Assembly (NCBI GenBank): GCA_028716485.1
Contig: JAQUPS010000002.1
Span: forward strand, 43,013-107,012
Length of the DNA: 64,000 nucleotides
Source: Patescibacteria group bacterium
GTDB lineage: Bacteria > Patescibacteriota > Patescibacteriia > Patescibacteriales > WJLG01
Direction of reading: 5' to 3'
Under the pieces are notes generated by a model that had not been told where the DNA came from, did not search any database, and saw only the letters and a list, made by a program, of their open reading frames with translations. Below are positions 37,194 to 46,850 of this stretch, piece by piece. A program made the translations under genes and the position numbers. How positions within the stretch are numbered: the stretch's first letter is position 1; the number at the start of each line of letters is the position of its first letter.

Positions 37194-37997
37194 TTATTCC
37201 GTCAGGGGAGGAATGAACGCGTCGAAGCTAACCCGGTCGCCGTAAGAATGCTTCAGCTCGGCAAGCTCCTGTTGCATTTCCGCCAGCTGCTGTTCATCCC
37301 AGGCAACAGCGGCGATGACGAACGGATTTTCCACCGTCAAAAATTCTTTGCCAAAACCATGATCGCCGAAAATAATGTCCAGTGCCGCGCGAACTTCGTT
37401 AAGACAGTTCTCTTTATTCATATAGGCGCGGCTGATGACAAAGCCTTCGGGCAAACCGCTATCCGGGTCGTTATTTATTCTTCCGGTAGCGTCCCAATAA
37501 CAAACGCGGGCGTCATGGAATTTTCTGCCCATTTCTTCCGCCGTGATATGGCGATGGGGTAAATCGAATTTTACCGCCATCTGCTCCGCCCAATCGCGGG
37601 CGATTTGGTCGGAATTTTCTTCCGGCAAACCGTGCGCCCGGCAATAAAGTTTTCCCGCGCCGCAGCCGTCATGGCTGGAAATGGCATCGGGCTGAACGAC
37701 TTTCATATAAGTGGCAAAGTCTGCCTCTGATAAAAGAATGCCTGACCCGGCGGAATGGACTCCATAAGGCGTGCGCTCATCCATGCAGCAAACGCAATTC
37801 TCAAAATCATCAAGCTGATGCTTTTTCAAATCAAAAGCTTCAGCCAAGCGCGGCAAATTTTCGGCATAACGGGCAAAACCGATTGTTTTAATCTTGTCCA
37901 TTATCCTTTGCTGTTCGGCAAAAGCCTCTTTTTTTCCAGCATCATGTTTTTCATGAAGCGTCATTGTCTGCTCTTGGCTCATGGCGTTCCTTTCCAT
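37194..37997 (-). CDS. hypothetical protein with beta-carbonic-anhydrase-like CxDxR / HxxCG motifs
   Basis: 267 aa containing CCMDER and, about 45 aa later, SHDGCGAG. The functional call is tentative. Confidence 0.6.
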   Translation of the reverse strand: MERNAMSQEQTMTLHEKHDAGKKEAFAEQQRIMDKIKTIGFARYAENLPRLAEAFDLKKHQLDDFENCVCCMDERTPYGVHSAGSGILLSEADFATYMKVVQPDAISSHDGCGAGKLYCRAHGLPEENSDQIARDWAEQMAVKFDLPHRHITAEEMGRKFHDARVCYWDATGRINNDPDSGLPEGFVISRAYMNKENCLNEVRAALDIIFGDHGFGKEFLTVENPFVIAAVAWDEQQLAEMQQELAELKHSYGDRVSFDAFIPPLTE

Positions 37998-38064
37998 TTG
38001 TTTAGTTGATTTTTTTAATAATTATATATTCTTAAAAAAATTTGTCATCCGCCGGCTGGCGGAA

Positions 38065-38892
38065 TTATTTATTTATGGCTGGTCCGGATTGAAAAGTTTT
38101 CAGCCAGGCGGCGCTTACCGTGTTCACCGCCTCCCATTTCCAATGATGATTCACGAAAACGCTCGGCGCCGTGATATATTGCCAAATATTATCATGCAGA
38201 TAATAAATCCTCGGGCTGCCGGCAACCTTGACTAATTTCGGATAGGTAAAAATCGCGCGCGCCGGACCGTTGGCTTTCTTGGTTTTATAGCTATAATCGT
38301 GAATCGTGCCCATAAATAAATCATAACCATATCGATAACCCTGGCCGTCAACCGTATCGCCCGGATCATTAACGATGAATTGCCGCGCCGCATCGTCATA
38401 GCCGGTGATGACCATCATATGATACGAGGTGCCGGTGCGCAAAAAAGGAATATTCGGGTTATGCAAATCAAAACCGTAATGGGGCGTGATCACCGGCCGG
38501 CCGGCGTCAATTTCGCTTTTAATTTGAGCGATAGTCGGATTGTCAATAATTTTGGCATTGTAATCGGTGTAAGTATTGATTAAATATTTGCTTTGCGCCG
38601 TATCAGAATTGACGTTCGAGCCGTATAAAATATTTTCTTTATTAAAAAACATCGTCATCATCGCTTTGCCTTCGGCCAAATTCATCACTTTTTTGCCAGT
38701 ATAATATTTTTCCAGCATCGTGAAGCTCGCCTCTTCGCAGGCGTTTTTCCACGGCCCGCCCGAAGTTCCGGCCGGAACTTCCTTGATATATGGCACGGTC
38801 AAATTAACCGCGGCCGACGCTGAATCAGGCATCCCGATGATTGCCAAAAAAATAAATGCGCCGAGCGCGCAAAATATAAATTTATTCTTCAT
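38065..38892 (-). CDS. secreted C39-like (papain-fold) peptidase-domain protein
   Basis: Signal peptide MKNKFIFCALGAFIFLAII. Catalytic-type residues occur in WKNACEEAS (Cys), SYHMMVITGYD (His) and IVNDPG (Asp). Confidence 0.65.
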   Translation of the reverse strand: MKNKFIFCALGAFIFLAIIGMPDSASAAVNLTVPYIKEVPAGTSGGPWKNACEEASFTMLEKYYTGKKVMNLAEGKAMMTMFFNKENILYGSNVNSDTAQSKYLINTYTDYNAKIIDNPTIAQIKSEIDAGRPVITPHYGFDLHNPNIPFLRTGTSYHMMVITGYDDAARQFIVNDPGDTVDGQGYRYGYDLFMGTIHDYSYKTKKANGPARAIFTYPKLVKVAGSPRIYYLHDNIWQYITAPSVFVNHHWKWEAVNTVSAAWLKTFQSGPAINK

Positions 38893-39010
38893 CTTTGTAT
38901 ATTTTATCACAAAAAATAATCTTCCCTCAAATAATAACACGAAAACTTGACCGTTGCAAGTGTCTGCCGTAAGATTAGGATAGCGCTAAACAATTTTAGT
39001 ATTATTAGTT

Positions 39011-39985
39011 GTGAAAAAAAACATTAAAACATCAATCTTGATCGTCATTATTCTGCTGGTTATCAGCGGTTTGTTTTTCTGGGCAAGCCGAGCGGTCAGA
39101 CAAATATCGAATCCATCGGGGAAAATTCCGGTGGCCGCCAGTTTTTATCCGCTCTATTTTTTCGCCGCGGAAATCGGCGGCGACAAGGCAGCTGTAATAA
39201 ATATCACTCCATCAGGCACTGAGCCGCATGATTACGAACTGACCGCGCAAGATATCGCCAAAATAGAACAAAGCAAATTATTAATTTTAAACGGTATGGG
39301 ACTGGAAGCGTGGTCGGAAAATATTCAAAAAAATATCGATCCGAAAAAAACTTCGGTGCTTACGGCCAACTTGGGAATGGATCAAGTCTGCTCAATTGAC
39401 GCAAAAGCTCATCCCCTGCCCCTGACTGAGAAACAAAAAGAAAGCATTTGCCAGAGACAGGCCGACCCGCATATCTGGGTCGCGCCATTTATGGCGGAAA
39501 ATATCGTACAAAATATTTTAGACGGATATATAAAAATCGATCCGGCCAATGCCGCGTATTATCAGGCCAATGCCGCGGTTTTAAAAAATAAATTGTCGGA
39601 ATTGGATTTGCAATATCAAAAAGGTCTGGCGAACTGCCAATTAAAAACTTTTATCACTTCTCATGCCGCTTTCGGCTATCTGGCCGCGGCATACGGATTA
39701 AATCAACTTTCGATTGCCGGACTTTCGCCCGACGCCGAGCCATCGCCCGCGCAATTGGCTGACATCGCTAAACAGGCGAAAGCTGATAATATCAAATATA
39801 TTTTCTTTGAAAGCTTGGCCAGTCCGAAATTATCCCAGACGATTGCCGCGGAAATCGGCGCGCAAACTTTGGTGCTTGATCCGCTGGAAGGCCTGACTAA
39901 AGAGGATATCACGGCGGGAAAAAATTATTTTACCGTGGAAGAAAATAATCTAAAAAATTTACAAACCGCATTGCAATGCCAATGA
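39011..39985 (+). CDS. znuA: metal (Zn/Mn) ABC transporter substrate-binding protein, cluster A-I
   Basis: GTG start and N-terminal anchor. Metal-ligand contexts are GTEPHDYE, DPHIW and SHAAFGY. Confidence 0.8.
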   Translation: MKKNIKTSILIVIILLVISGLFFWASRAVRQISNPSGKIPVAASFYPLYFFAAEIGGDKAAVINITPSGTEPHDYELTAQDIAKIEQSKLLILNGMGLEAWSENIQKNIDPKKTSVLTANLGMDQVCSIDAKAHPLPLTEKQKESICQRQADPHIWVAPFMAENIVQNILDGYIKIDPANAAYYQANAAVLKNKLSELDLQYQKGLANCQLKTFITSHAAFGYLAAAYGLNQLSIAGLSPDAEPSPAQLADIAKQAKADNIKYIFFESLASPKLSQTIAAEIGAQTLVLDPLEGLTKEDITAGKNYFTVEENNLKNLQTALQCQ

Positions 39986-40746
39986 TAGATCACGATAAGA
40001 ATATCATCGAAGTAAAAAACATCTCCTTCGCTTACGGCGCGGAAGAAGTTTTGTCAAATATCTCCATCAATGTCCATCAGGGAGATTACTTGGCTTTCGT
40101 CGGGCCGAACGGCGCGGGCAAGACGACTTTGCTGAAAATAATTCTCGGATTGCTGTTGCCGAAAAAGGGTTCGATAAGATTATTCGGCCGTGATATCAAG
40201 GATTTCAAGGACTGGCGAAAAATCAGCTACGTCGCCCAGGGCGTCAATAATTTTGACCATAATTTTCCGGCCACGGTCTTGGAAATCGTTTTAATGGGAC
40301 GCTATAGCAGAAAAGGATTATTAAAAAATATAAATTCCAGCGACAAAAAAATAGCGGAAAAAGCGATTGAGCAGGTTGGATTGAGCGGATTTAAAAACCG
40401 GCTGATCGGCGATTTGTCCGGCGGACAGAAACAGCGCGTCTTCATCGCCCGGGCTTTATGCGCCGAGCCGGAAGTTATTTTTCTCGATGAGCCGACGGCC
40501 GGCGTTGACCGCCAGAGCCAGGACAATTTTTACATGCTCTTAAAAAAAATGAATGCCGAACTCGGCATCACTTTGGTTTTAATTTCCCACGACGTGGAAA
40601 GGATGTTAAAAGAAGCGATGCATATCGCCTGCATCGATCATACTTTGACCTGCCATACTTCGCCGGAAGAATTCTTGCGCGAAAGCGCGGCCGCCGATAT
40701 TATGGGAGAAAAAGTCCGCCTCATCGCCCATCACCATAACAATTAA
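39976..40746 (+). CDS. znuC: metal ABC transporter ATP-binding protein
   Basis: Walker A GPNGAGKTT, signature LSGGQKQR and Walker B VIFLDEP. Confidence 0.9.
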   Translation: MPMIDHDKNIIEVKNISFAYGAEEVLSNISINVHQGDYLAFVGPNGAGKTTLLKIILGLLLPKKGSIRLFGRDIKDFKDWRKISYVAQGVNNFDHNFPATVLEIVLMGRYSRKGLLKNINSSDKKIAEKAIEQVGLSGFKNRLIGDLSGGQKQRVFIARALCAEPEVIFLDEPTAGVDRQSQDNFYMLLKKMNAELGITLVLISHDVERMLKEAMHIACIDHTLTCHTSPEEFLRESAAADIMGEKVRLIAHHHNN

Positions 40747-40777
40747 AAATTAAGAATGAAGAATTAAGAATATTCCA

Positions 40778-41584
40778 ATGTTCATAAATATTCTCCAATA
40801 TGGCTTTATCGTCCGCGGGCTGGAGGCCGGCGTAATTGTCGCTCTCATCGCGCCGCTCATCGGAATTTTTTTGGTTTTGCGCCGCTATTCCTTGATCGCC
40901 GATACGCTGGCGCATGTTTCGCTGGCCGGCATTGCCATTGGTTTGTTTTTCGGCATCAATCCGGTTATGACGGCTTTGGGCACTGCCGTCGTCGCTTCGC
41001 TCGGCATAGAAAAATTACGCGTTTCTAAAAAAATTTATGGCGAATCGGCTTTGGCGCTTTTTCTTTCCGGCAGTTTGGCCCTGGCGATAGTCATTTTAAG
41101 CTTGGCTCGCGGCTTCAATGCCAATCTTTTTAATTATCTGTTCGGCAGTATCGTCACCGTAACGCCGGCCGATGTCTGGACGATCGCGATTCTGGCTCTG
41201 GTCACGATAATTATTCTTTTCGCCTTTTTCAAGGAATTGGTTTTTATTTCTTTCGACGAAGAAGCGGCGCGCGTCGCCGGCATTCCGGTTCGCTTCATCA
41301 ACGCGATTCTGATAATTCTCGCCGCCCTAACTGTTTCTTTGTCCATTCCGATCGTCGGCGTGCTTTTGATTTCCGCCTTGATCGTCATTCCGGTCGTCAC
41401 GGCTTTGCAATTAAAATTAAGCTTTATTAAAACAATAATTTGGGCGGAAATATTTTCCGTCGCTTCGGTCATCGCCGGAATTTTTACTTCGTTCTATTTC
41501 AATCTTTCCACCGGCGGCGCGATCGTTCTGATAATGCTGGCGATTTTTATTATTATTTATCTATTTAAAAAAAACTCAAATTAA
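40778..41584 (+). CDS. znuB: metal ABC transporter permease (ABC-3 family)
   Basis: 268 aa with 8-9 TM spans and a FDEEAARVAGIPV loop. Confidence 0.88.
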   Translation: MFINILQYGFIVRGLEAGVIVALIAPLIGIFLVLRRYSLIADTLAHVSLAGIAIGLFFGINPVMTALGTAVVASLGIEKLRVSKKIYGESALALFLSGSLALAIVILSLARGFNANLFNYLFGSIVTVTPADVWTIAILALVTIIILFAFFKELVFISFDEEAARVAGIPVRFINAILIILAALTVSLSIPIVGVLLISALIVIPVVTALQLKLSFIKTIIWAEIFSVASVIAGIFTSFYFNLSTGGAIVLIMLAIFIIIYLFKKNSN

Positions 41585-41610
41585 TCTTGCGGCTTCTGAC
41601 ATAAAAAAAT

Positions 41611-41644
41611 AAAAGCGGTTTGAGTTTAACCCATACCGCTTTTT
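41611..41644 (+). terminator. terminator after the znu-like operon
   Basis: aaaagcggt-N15-accgctttt followed by T residues. Confidence 0.6.
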
Positions 41645-41661
41645 GGTAATCGCTTCGCGAA

Positions 41662-41862
41662 TTATCGCCTGGCCGCCTCGTTCGCGACATCGCGTTCATA
41701 GGTGGCAACTCCGCGCTTAACCAGACTTATCAGCTGCTCGGTCGGAGTCTGTTCGCTATGCGCCGGAATTATTTTATCCCAATTCGCGACTGCGAATATT
41801 GCTATCGCGCAAACCACGATAGCAATCAAATAAAATTTTTCATCCATTGACAGCCTTCTCAT
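41662..41862 (-). CDS. small single-TM protein
   Basis: 66 aa, with AGGAGG upstream of the ATG and the TM span LIAIVVCAIAIFAVA. Confidence 0.4.
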   Translation of the reverse strand: MRRLSMDEKFYLIAIVVCAIAIFAVANWDKIIPAHSEQTPTEQLISLVKRGVATYERDVANEAARR

Positions 41863-42021
41863 CTTCCGCCTCCTTTGTTTAAAAAATATTTATAAAAAAC
41901 GATGTAATTTCGATATAATCATAATAGCATAAATGATACAATCTGTCAACGGTTTTATTGTCCAGTAAAAAAAGCTCCCGTAATTGTTTACAGGAGCTTG
42001 AAGAAGGAACAAATTATTCGA

Positions 42022-43983
42022 TTACTTTCGCAAGACAATCTTGGTTGTCAGGTTTTCAGTCCCAGCTTTTAGCTTAAAAATGAAAGTTCCGGCAGAAAGA
42101 CCGGACGCCTCAATGTTGAAAGAGGAATTATGGCCGATAATGGCTTCTCTAACCATTCTGCCCCGCAAGTCGAAAATCTTCAGCGACGCGCCCTTCTCGA
42201 CATCGCCGACGAAAATTCTTTCGCCGTTAACGCGGAAAAGCTGTCCCCTGCCTTGCGTCAAGAACGGTGATTTAACCCCGGCGGCGAATCTCCACGGCAT
42301 TAAATACTTATACAAAGCCGAAGGCTTGGTCATGGTATAGTCGTAGAAATAGGAAATATCATTAAAGAACATGAAATAACCGTACTTCGCCCTGGCTTTC
42401 CGGAAAGCCAAATAGGTAGACATGTTCGGGCTGTTTGAACTACCATCAAACGAATTAATACCCATGTTTATCATCAGCTTTTTTCCTGGCAATTTAGCCT
42501 GGAAATTACCAATCAAGCTATCAACATAATGATCGATGTTGGTTATTCCGCTAAAATAATAGGAGCCTAAAAACGTTTCCAACATCACACCATCATAGCT
42601 CTTTAAAATCTCTGGGTATTTTAACAGAGAATCAGCGTAAGCGGTGTTAGCAGTAGTGACGTAAGCGCCGACAAAAACCGAATCGCCGGGCAAACTCTGC
42701 CGCAACACCGAAATATTATGGCGGATATTATCTAAAGTTCGCTGACGAGCCAGCGAATCGCTCCTGCCATAATCCCCAAGCTGGGACTCAATGTTGGAAA
42801 AAATCATCCTTGAAGAAAGGCTTGTGGCGTCCGCCTTCTTCACGCCTGGCTCTAAAACAGTCTTGTCAAACAAACCGACACTGTTACCGTTATCGCTAAA
42901 GATCTTGACGAGCTGACCGTTCGCCGCGGAAAGATCTCCGGAATTAAAAATAGTATACTTGGCGATCTCTTTGAGCGTGTCGGCCCAATAACCGATTTGC
43001 TTTTCCAGGGCCGGTAAGGAAATGCCGCTGGCATAGCCGAAACTCCTATGGTCATAAACAATCCCGTCAAGCCTTAACGTATCGGTCGGGAAAAAATTGG
43101 AAAGATTTAGCAAGCCCGAACTGCTGTCTAAAAAAAGTTTAGGCTGGCGCAAATCGGTAACCAAGCCATAGCTGGCCGCTGTCCCGCCCTTCCAATTCTC
43201 ATCGGTGAACTCGAACAAAAAATAATCGAAAGTCGCATTAGCAGTCAGACTTTCCAAAAATAATTTCTGCTCGCTTTCGCAGGACGCGCTGGTCGCCCAG
43301 CCAACCGAGGTTACCTTCACTTCCTTGTTGGGAAAATGGCTTTTCACCGAATCATAGCATTGCTGAACATAAGCGGCCGCGATACTCGCTTTGATGCCGT
43401 CATCTTGGGGCATTATCCGGATCGAAACAAAGTCCAAACTGTCGGCCAAATCCGGATGACGGCAATAAACGTCCCAATTTTCTTCATGCGTCAGCTTCAC
43501 TTTGAATGGCCGGATGGCCGCCTTGCAAGTGTTGATATAAGTCTTGAGCGACGCAACCACAGCAGCTTCCGAAGTATAACTGTTGTCAAAGCTATTGTCA
43601 TAACCGTACATCACCGCTTCGCAATGGGAATACTTTAAAGAATCGGCCTTTTTCAAAAATGCCGCTAAATCGTTTTGCGCCTGAGCCCAGGTATTGGAAT
43701 AGCTGAACGAAGTCCAGCCCGACACGATATAGTTGACCGACAGGCTTTCGCAGATCGCCGGGATACGCTTAAGATAATCAGTGTCGATGCCGAAAGTCCT
43801 GATCCGTGGCACGATTGTTTTGACCTTGACTATGTCCGCGACCATTTGGCTGTCAGCCGGACTCGCGCCATTAGGAGATTGCCCAGAATGGAAAGGGCTG
43901 TAACACAGACCTTTAATGCCGGCGGCGCAGATTGCCGAAGTAAAAACAGCCAGAATCAAAAACGACTTGATTGCGCGTTCCAT
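42022..43983 (-). CDS. secreted glycoside-hydrolase-like (GH17-like TIM barrel) protein with a T9SS-type C-terminal sorting domain
   Basis: The protein has a signal peptide. N-terminal KGLCYSPF ... IRTFG ... VTSVGWAT resembles the GH17 layout, although the usual catalytic Glu positions are not obvious. The C-terminal about 75 aa (SLKIFDLRGRMV...LSAGTFIFKLKAG...TKIVLRK) matches the Por/T9SS CTD pattern. Confidence 0.6.
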   Translation of the reverse strand: MERAIKSFLILAVFTSAICAAGIKGLCYSPFHSGQSPNGASPADSQMVADIVKVKTIVPRIRTFGIDTDYLKRIPAICESLSVNYIVSGWTSFSYSNTWAQAQNDLAAFLKKADSLKYSHCEAVMYGYDNSFDNSYTSEAAVVASLKTYINTCKAAIRPFKVKLTHEENWDVYCRHPDLADSLDFVSIRIMPQDDGIKASIAAAYVQQCYDSVKSHFPNKEVKVTSVGWATSASCESEQKLFLESLTANATFDYFLFEFTDENWKGGTAASYGLVTDLRQPKLFLDSSSGLLNLSNFFPTDTLRLDGIVYDHRSFGYASGISLPALEKQIGYWADTLKEIAKYTIFNSGDLSAANGQLVKIFSDNGNSVGLFDKTVLEPGVKKADATSLSSRMIFSNIESQLGDYGRSDSLARQRTLDNIRHNISVLRQSLPGDSVFVGAYVTTANTAYADSLLKYPEILKSYDGVMLETFLGSYYFSGITNIDHYVDSLIGNFQAKLPGKKLMINMGINSFDGSSNSPNMSTYLAFRKARAKYGYFMFFNDISYFYDYTMTKPSALYKYLMPWRFAAGVKSPFLTQGRGQLFRVNGERIFVGDVEKGASLKIFDLRGRMVREAIIGHNSSFNIEASGLSAGTFIFKLKAGTENLTTKIVLRK

Positions 43984-43989
43984 AAAATC

Positions 43990-44124
43990 CTCCTTTGCCT
44001 TGACGGCAGTTTAAACCGATTGTTTGATTAACTGATTGTTGGATTAACTTGCGGAATGGAAAGCAACAGCACGCAAAAAAACTTGGTTACAGCCAAATAC
44101 AGCTCCTTTGCCTTTACGGCAGTT
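43990..44124. repeat. 22-bp direct repeat duplicating the RBS/5' leader of 42022..43983
   Basis: ctcctttgccttgacggcagtt (43990-44011) and ctcctttgcctttacggcagtt (44103-44124) differ at one position. Confidence 0.85.
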
Positions 44125-44380
44125 GGCAAATTATATATACCAGATTTAAGCTTGGCTCTAATAATTTTCGCTTAAAAAAGCCTAAACCGCTATAAATCAT
44201 CAACTAAAAATTTCTCCCCCTTTCAAGGAGATTGAATTGTCAAAGAACGGAAAGAACCAAGCTATAAAAAGTGCATTTTGAAAACATCTTAGCACTAAGA
44301 GGATTTTTGTTCAATAGGCAAGCTTTTCCCGATATAGTCAAGAAAATGGAGTCAAAAAACCATTGTATTTGCATTCTATT

Positions 44381-44410
44381 AAAATAACCTGACGCAAGTC
44401 AGGTTATTTT
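44381..44410. terminator. bidirectional terminator-like hairpin (junction B1)
   Basis: aaaataacctgac-gcaa-gtcaggttatttt, an 11-13 bp stem with a GNRA loop. Confidence 0.55.
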
Positions 44411-44473
44411 AGTTCTCTCCTTCGCGGCCTACTGGCGGACTGCGTCCGCTGTAGCCCGATTCGGCGAGCGAAG

Positions 44474-44532
44474 GCGGGGAGTGAGCGATTTGAACCACTC
44501 GGGTTTGCGCGATAAAAAGTTGTCACTCCTTC
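44474..44532. repeat. junction repeat R-b, copy 1 (59 bp, tRNA-3'-end-like)
   Basis: gcggggagtgagcgatttgaaccactcgggtttgcgcgataaaaagttgtcactccttc matches 48381-48439 at 57 of 59 positions. The minus strand reads GGTTCAAATCGCTCACTCCCCGCC, which looks like a T-loop plus acceptor strand. Confidence 0.9.
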
Positions 44533-44640
44533 CATTGAATTTGGCTAACAATTGTTAAGTTTTCTAGACATCCCAAGCAATATTATTTTTATTCAATGTT
44601 AATGATTAAACAATTCATTACAAATCTCTCTGTGCTTACT

Positions 44641-44682
44641 AATAAATAAAAAGCCCTCACATAGTTGTTACTAAATGAGGGC
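44641..44682 (-). terminator. rho-independent terminator after the precursor-peptide gene
   Basis: Minus strand: GCCCTCA-N16-TGAGGGC followed by TTTTTATTTATT. Confidence 0.7.
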
Positions 44683-44705
44683 CACGCTAGAAGCTAAAGC
44701 CGTGT

Positions 44706-44858
44706 CTAGTCACACGTGCAGCAGATAGTGAGCGCGGAAATCGTCACTTTTTGATATTCAGTCAAATCAGCGTCAGCTTCTGATGCTGATTTGAAGAATT
44801 GCAACGATTCTTTCGTGGCGCAAACCATCTTGGTGTTTTTAACCAATGTGGCTACCAT
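44706..44858 (-). CDS. candidate RiPP precursor peptide (50 aa, Cys-rich C-terminus)
   Basis: AGGAGG lies 5 nt upstream of the ATG at 44856-44858, 13 nt after the rSAM stop. The peptide is MVATLVKNTKMVCATKESLQFFKSASEADADLTEYQKVTISALTICCTCD. The track ORF 44706..44909 is an upstream extension that overlaps the rSAM gene. Confidence 0.6.
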   Translation of the reverse strand: MVATLVKNTKMVCATKESLQFFKSASEADADLTEYQKVTISALTICCTCD

Positions 44859-44871
44859 TCGCTCCTCCTTT

Positions 44872-46203
44872 CTATGTTGGAATTGTAACAAGAGCTTTCG
44901 CCTTGTCAAGCTTGTTTAAAAATAAATTAAACTTTTCTGAATTTAAGCCATAATCCTTAACAATTTGCCCGGGGTTAAAGGATTGCATAGAATAAAGATG
45001 CTGAAAAAATTCAAATTCCTGAAAATTAAGAATGGCGAATTTTTCCGCTCTAAGAATAAAAGTGTCCTCTGAATCCTTTCTCCATTTGATACTTTCTCTA
45101 ATGGCAAAAATTTTCCCGTCCAGCAAGTTCGCATTAGTCATAACCTTCATGAATAATGTATAATCTTTCTGAACATTCTTCTTGTATCGACTCCTCATTT
45201 TAATATTTTTCCCCATCGCCATTGCTTCAGTCTTACATCCGCCTTTACAGACATCCAAGATGGCGCATTTTAGGCAATCATCAGGAACAACTTTCAAAAA
45301 TGATTCTCGATCACTGCCGTCATACATTGCCATTTTTGACATAACTGTTTTCAAGGAGTCTTCAAAGACATTGGCAATAGGAAAACTCATCACTGGGCAA
45401 CACTTAAGATTACCATTCAAATCGACAGTCATACCATTAACAACCCCAATCGTGCACCCCCTGAACAAATCATGCTTGGCAAATTTTTCATTCATTCCTT
45501 CCAAAAAGCAAATTGGCAGAGGCCGAGAATTTCTAATATCAACTCCGAACTCTTCATGCACTTTAACCATTTGCTCAAATATAGTTTCAATGTCTGAAAT
45601 AGAAACTATATGAGCTTCTTGCTCTTTGTAGCGAGGACTAATCGGGGCCGCACAAAAACGCAGAATACCAAACCTTTCGACGAGCATTTTGGCCGTGTCA
45701 TAAACAAGATCAATATTGTTAACCGGATTTTTTACGACCACCATATTCGCTGAAGTTCTTATTCCTTCCCTGGCAAGATTTTCAAATCCGACAAGGGCTC
45801 TTTCATAAGAACCTTCCGTTCTAGTCATGGCCTCAAAAATATTTTTGTCAATACAAGGAAAAGAGGCGAAGACGCTGGCAACGCCAAGATCCTTTAATCT
45901 TCTGGCGTCTTCCCTGGTGATTAACGTCGCGTTCGTATTGATTCCGAAATCCATTTCCGTTTCTTTGACCGCTGAAATACCTTCATACAAAACTTCCTTG
46001 CGCAGAAACGGCTCCCCTCCGGTAAACGTAACGTCGAAGGTTCCCCAGCCATTAATAATCCCGACAAGTCGCCGAATCCTTTTTTTTGCCTCAATAATCG
46101 ATAACTCTTCCGCGTCAAGAGGATTGTAACAGTAGGGACAGTCATGATTGCAAAGCATCGTGCTTTCAATGCGAACCACTAACGGATTAATTATTTTGAC
46201 CAT
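44872..46203 (-). CDS. radical SAM / SPASM-domain peptide-modifying enzyme with a C-terminal RRE (PqqD-like) region
   Basis: CNHDCPYC (CX3CX2C) and SPASM cysteines (KCCPV ... DDCLKCAILDVCKGGCKTEA). The C-terminal about 110 aa (ILNFQEFEFFQHL...GQIVKDYGLNSEKFNLFLNKL) resembles a peptide-recognition winged helix. Confidence 0.88.
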   Translation of the reverse strand: MVKIINPLVVRIESTMLCNHDCPYCYNPLDAEELSIIEAKKRIRRLVGIINGWGTFDVTFTGGEPFLRKEVLYEGISAVKETEMDFGINTNATLITREDARRLKDLGVASVFASFPCIDKNIFEAMTRTEGSYERALVGFENLAREGIRTSANMVVVKNPVNNIDLVYDTAKMLVERFGILRFCAAPISPRYKEQEAHIVSISDIETIFEQMVKVHEEFGVDIRNSRPLPICFLEGMNEKFAKHDLFRGCTIGVVNGMTVDLNGNLKCCPVMSFPIANVFEDSLKTVMSKMAMYDGSDRESFLKVVPDDCLKCAILDVCKGGCKTEAMAMGKNIKMRSRYKKNVQKDYTLFMKVMTNANLLDGKIFAIRESIKWRKDSEDTFILRAEKFAILNFQEFEFFQHLYSMQSFNPGQIVKDYGLNSEKFNLFLNKLDKAKALVTIPT

Positions 46204-46206
46204 GAT

Positions 46207-46827
46207 TCACTCTCCTTCTTTAACAATGTTATTGGATTTACTCCCCATTTCAACTTCCTGAGCAACATCTGCCTTCGTTTCTTTTTCAAGGAGTTGAATG
46301 TGTTCAAGAATCTTCTTAGCCCTCTCTCCCGCGTTTTCCAAATATTCTATGCGCTGGATTTTAAAACCAAGTTCGCGAATAACATCTTCTGTTATTTTGT
46401 GATAACGCAAAGACTCCTCAAAACTAAAATGTTTTCTTGGCCAACCGAGTCGATGTTTTTTTAAAGGAATAGGGTCGACTAAAAAAACTGTCGGACAAAT
46501 ATTAACATTCTTTGCCAAATCATAATACCTACCAGGAACGCTTAGACCAAGAAATTTTCGCAAAATAATCGGAGCAAAAATAACTCTATCAAAAAAACCA
46601 AGCTTCACGTCTGATTGCAGAGCACTCTTAAGTTGATCTTCCTTTAGGGAAAGAAATAAATTCGTAAAATCTTCCGCCTCAACCCTTGGAGAATACGCTT
46701 CCCCTTTTGCTCGATAAATATCTGGTACAACACTCTTATAGGCCTGAAAACCCATTTTACCAATCTCCCGGAGAATACTAGTTTTTCCGGCAGCCCACGC
46801 GCCCTCCAAGCTGTATATTTTTAGCAT
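46207..46827 (-). CDS. P-loop NTPase/kinase-like protein
   Basis: Walker A at the N-terminus, LEGAWAAGKTS. Size and layout match small nucleotide/nucleoside kinases (AAA_28/dNK-like). Confidence 0.6.
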   Translation of the reverse strand: MLKIYSLEGAWAAGKTSILREIGKMGFQAYKSVVPDIYRAKGEAYSPRVEAEDFTNLFLSLKEDQLKSALQSDVKLGFFDRVIFAPIILRKFLGLSVPGRYYDLAKNVNICPTVFLVDPIPLKKHRLGWPRKHFSFEESLRYHKITEDVIRELGFKIQRIEYLENAGERAKKILEHIQLLEKETKADVAQEVEMGSKSNNIVKEGE

Positions 46828-46850
46828 TATAGACCTCTTTCTGGTTTAGT

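Noticed and set aside
44218-44280. 14-codon ORF with AAGGAG upstream (TTG start, MSKNGKNQAIKSAF), and a 22-codon upstream ORF after the duplicated RBS at about 44040-44102 (minus strand)
   Set aside because: Both are too short and featureless, neither is adjacent to a modifying enzyme, and there is no support beyond a chance SD-like string.
44474-44532. R-b repeats (also 48381-48439) as genuine tRNA or tmRNA genes
   Set aside because: The T-loop and acceptor-like 3' part is convincing, but the T-stem 5' strand mismatches. No D-arm or anticodon arm exists, and the enclosed unit is only about 54 nt. I treat these as tRNA-derived att-like fragments instead.
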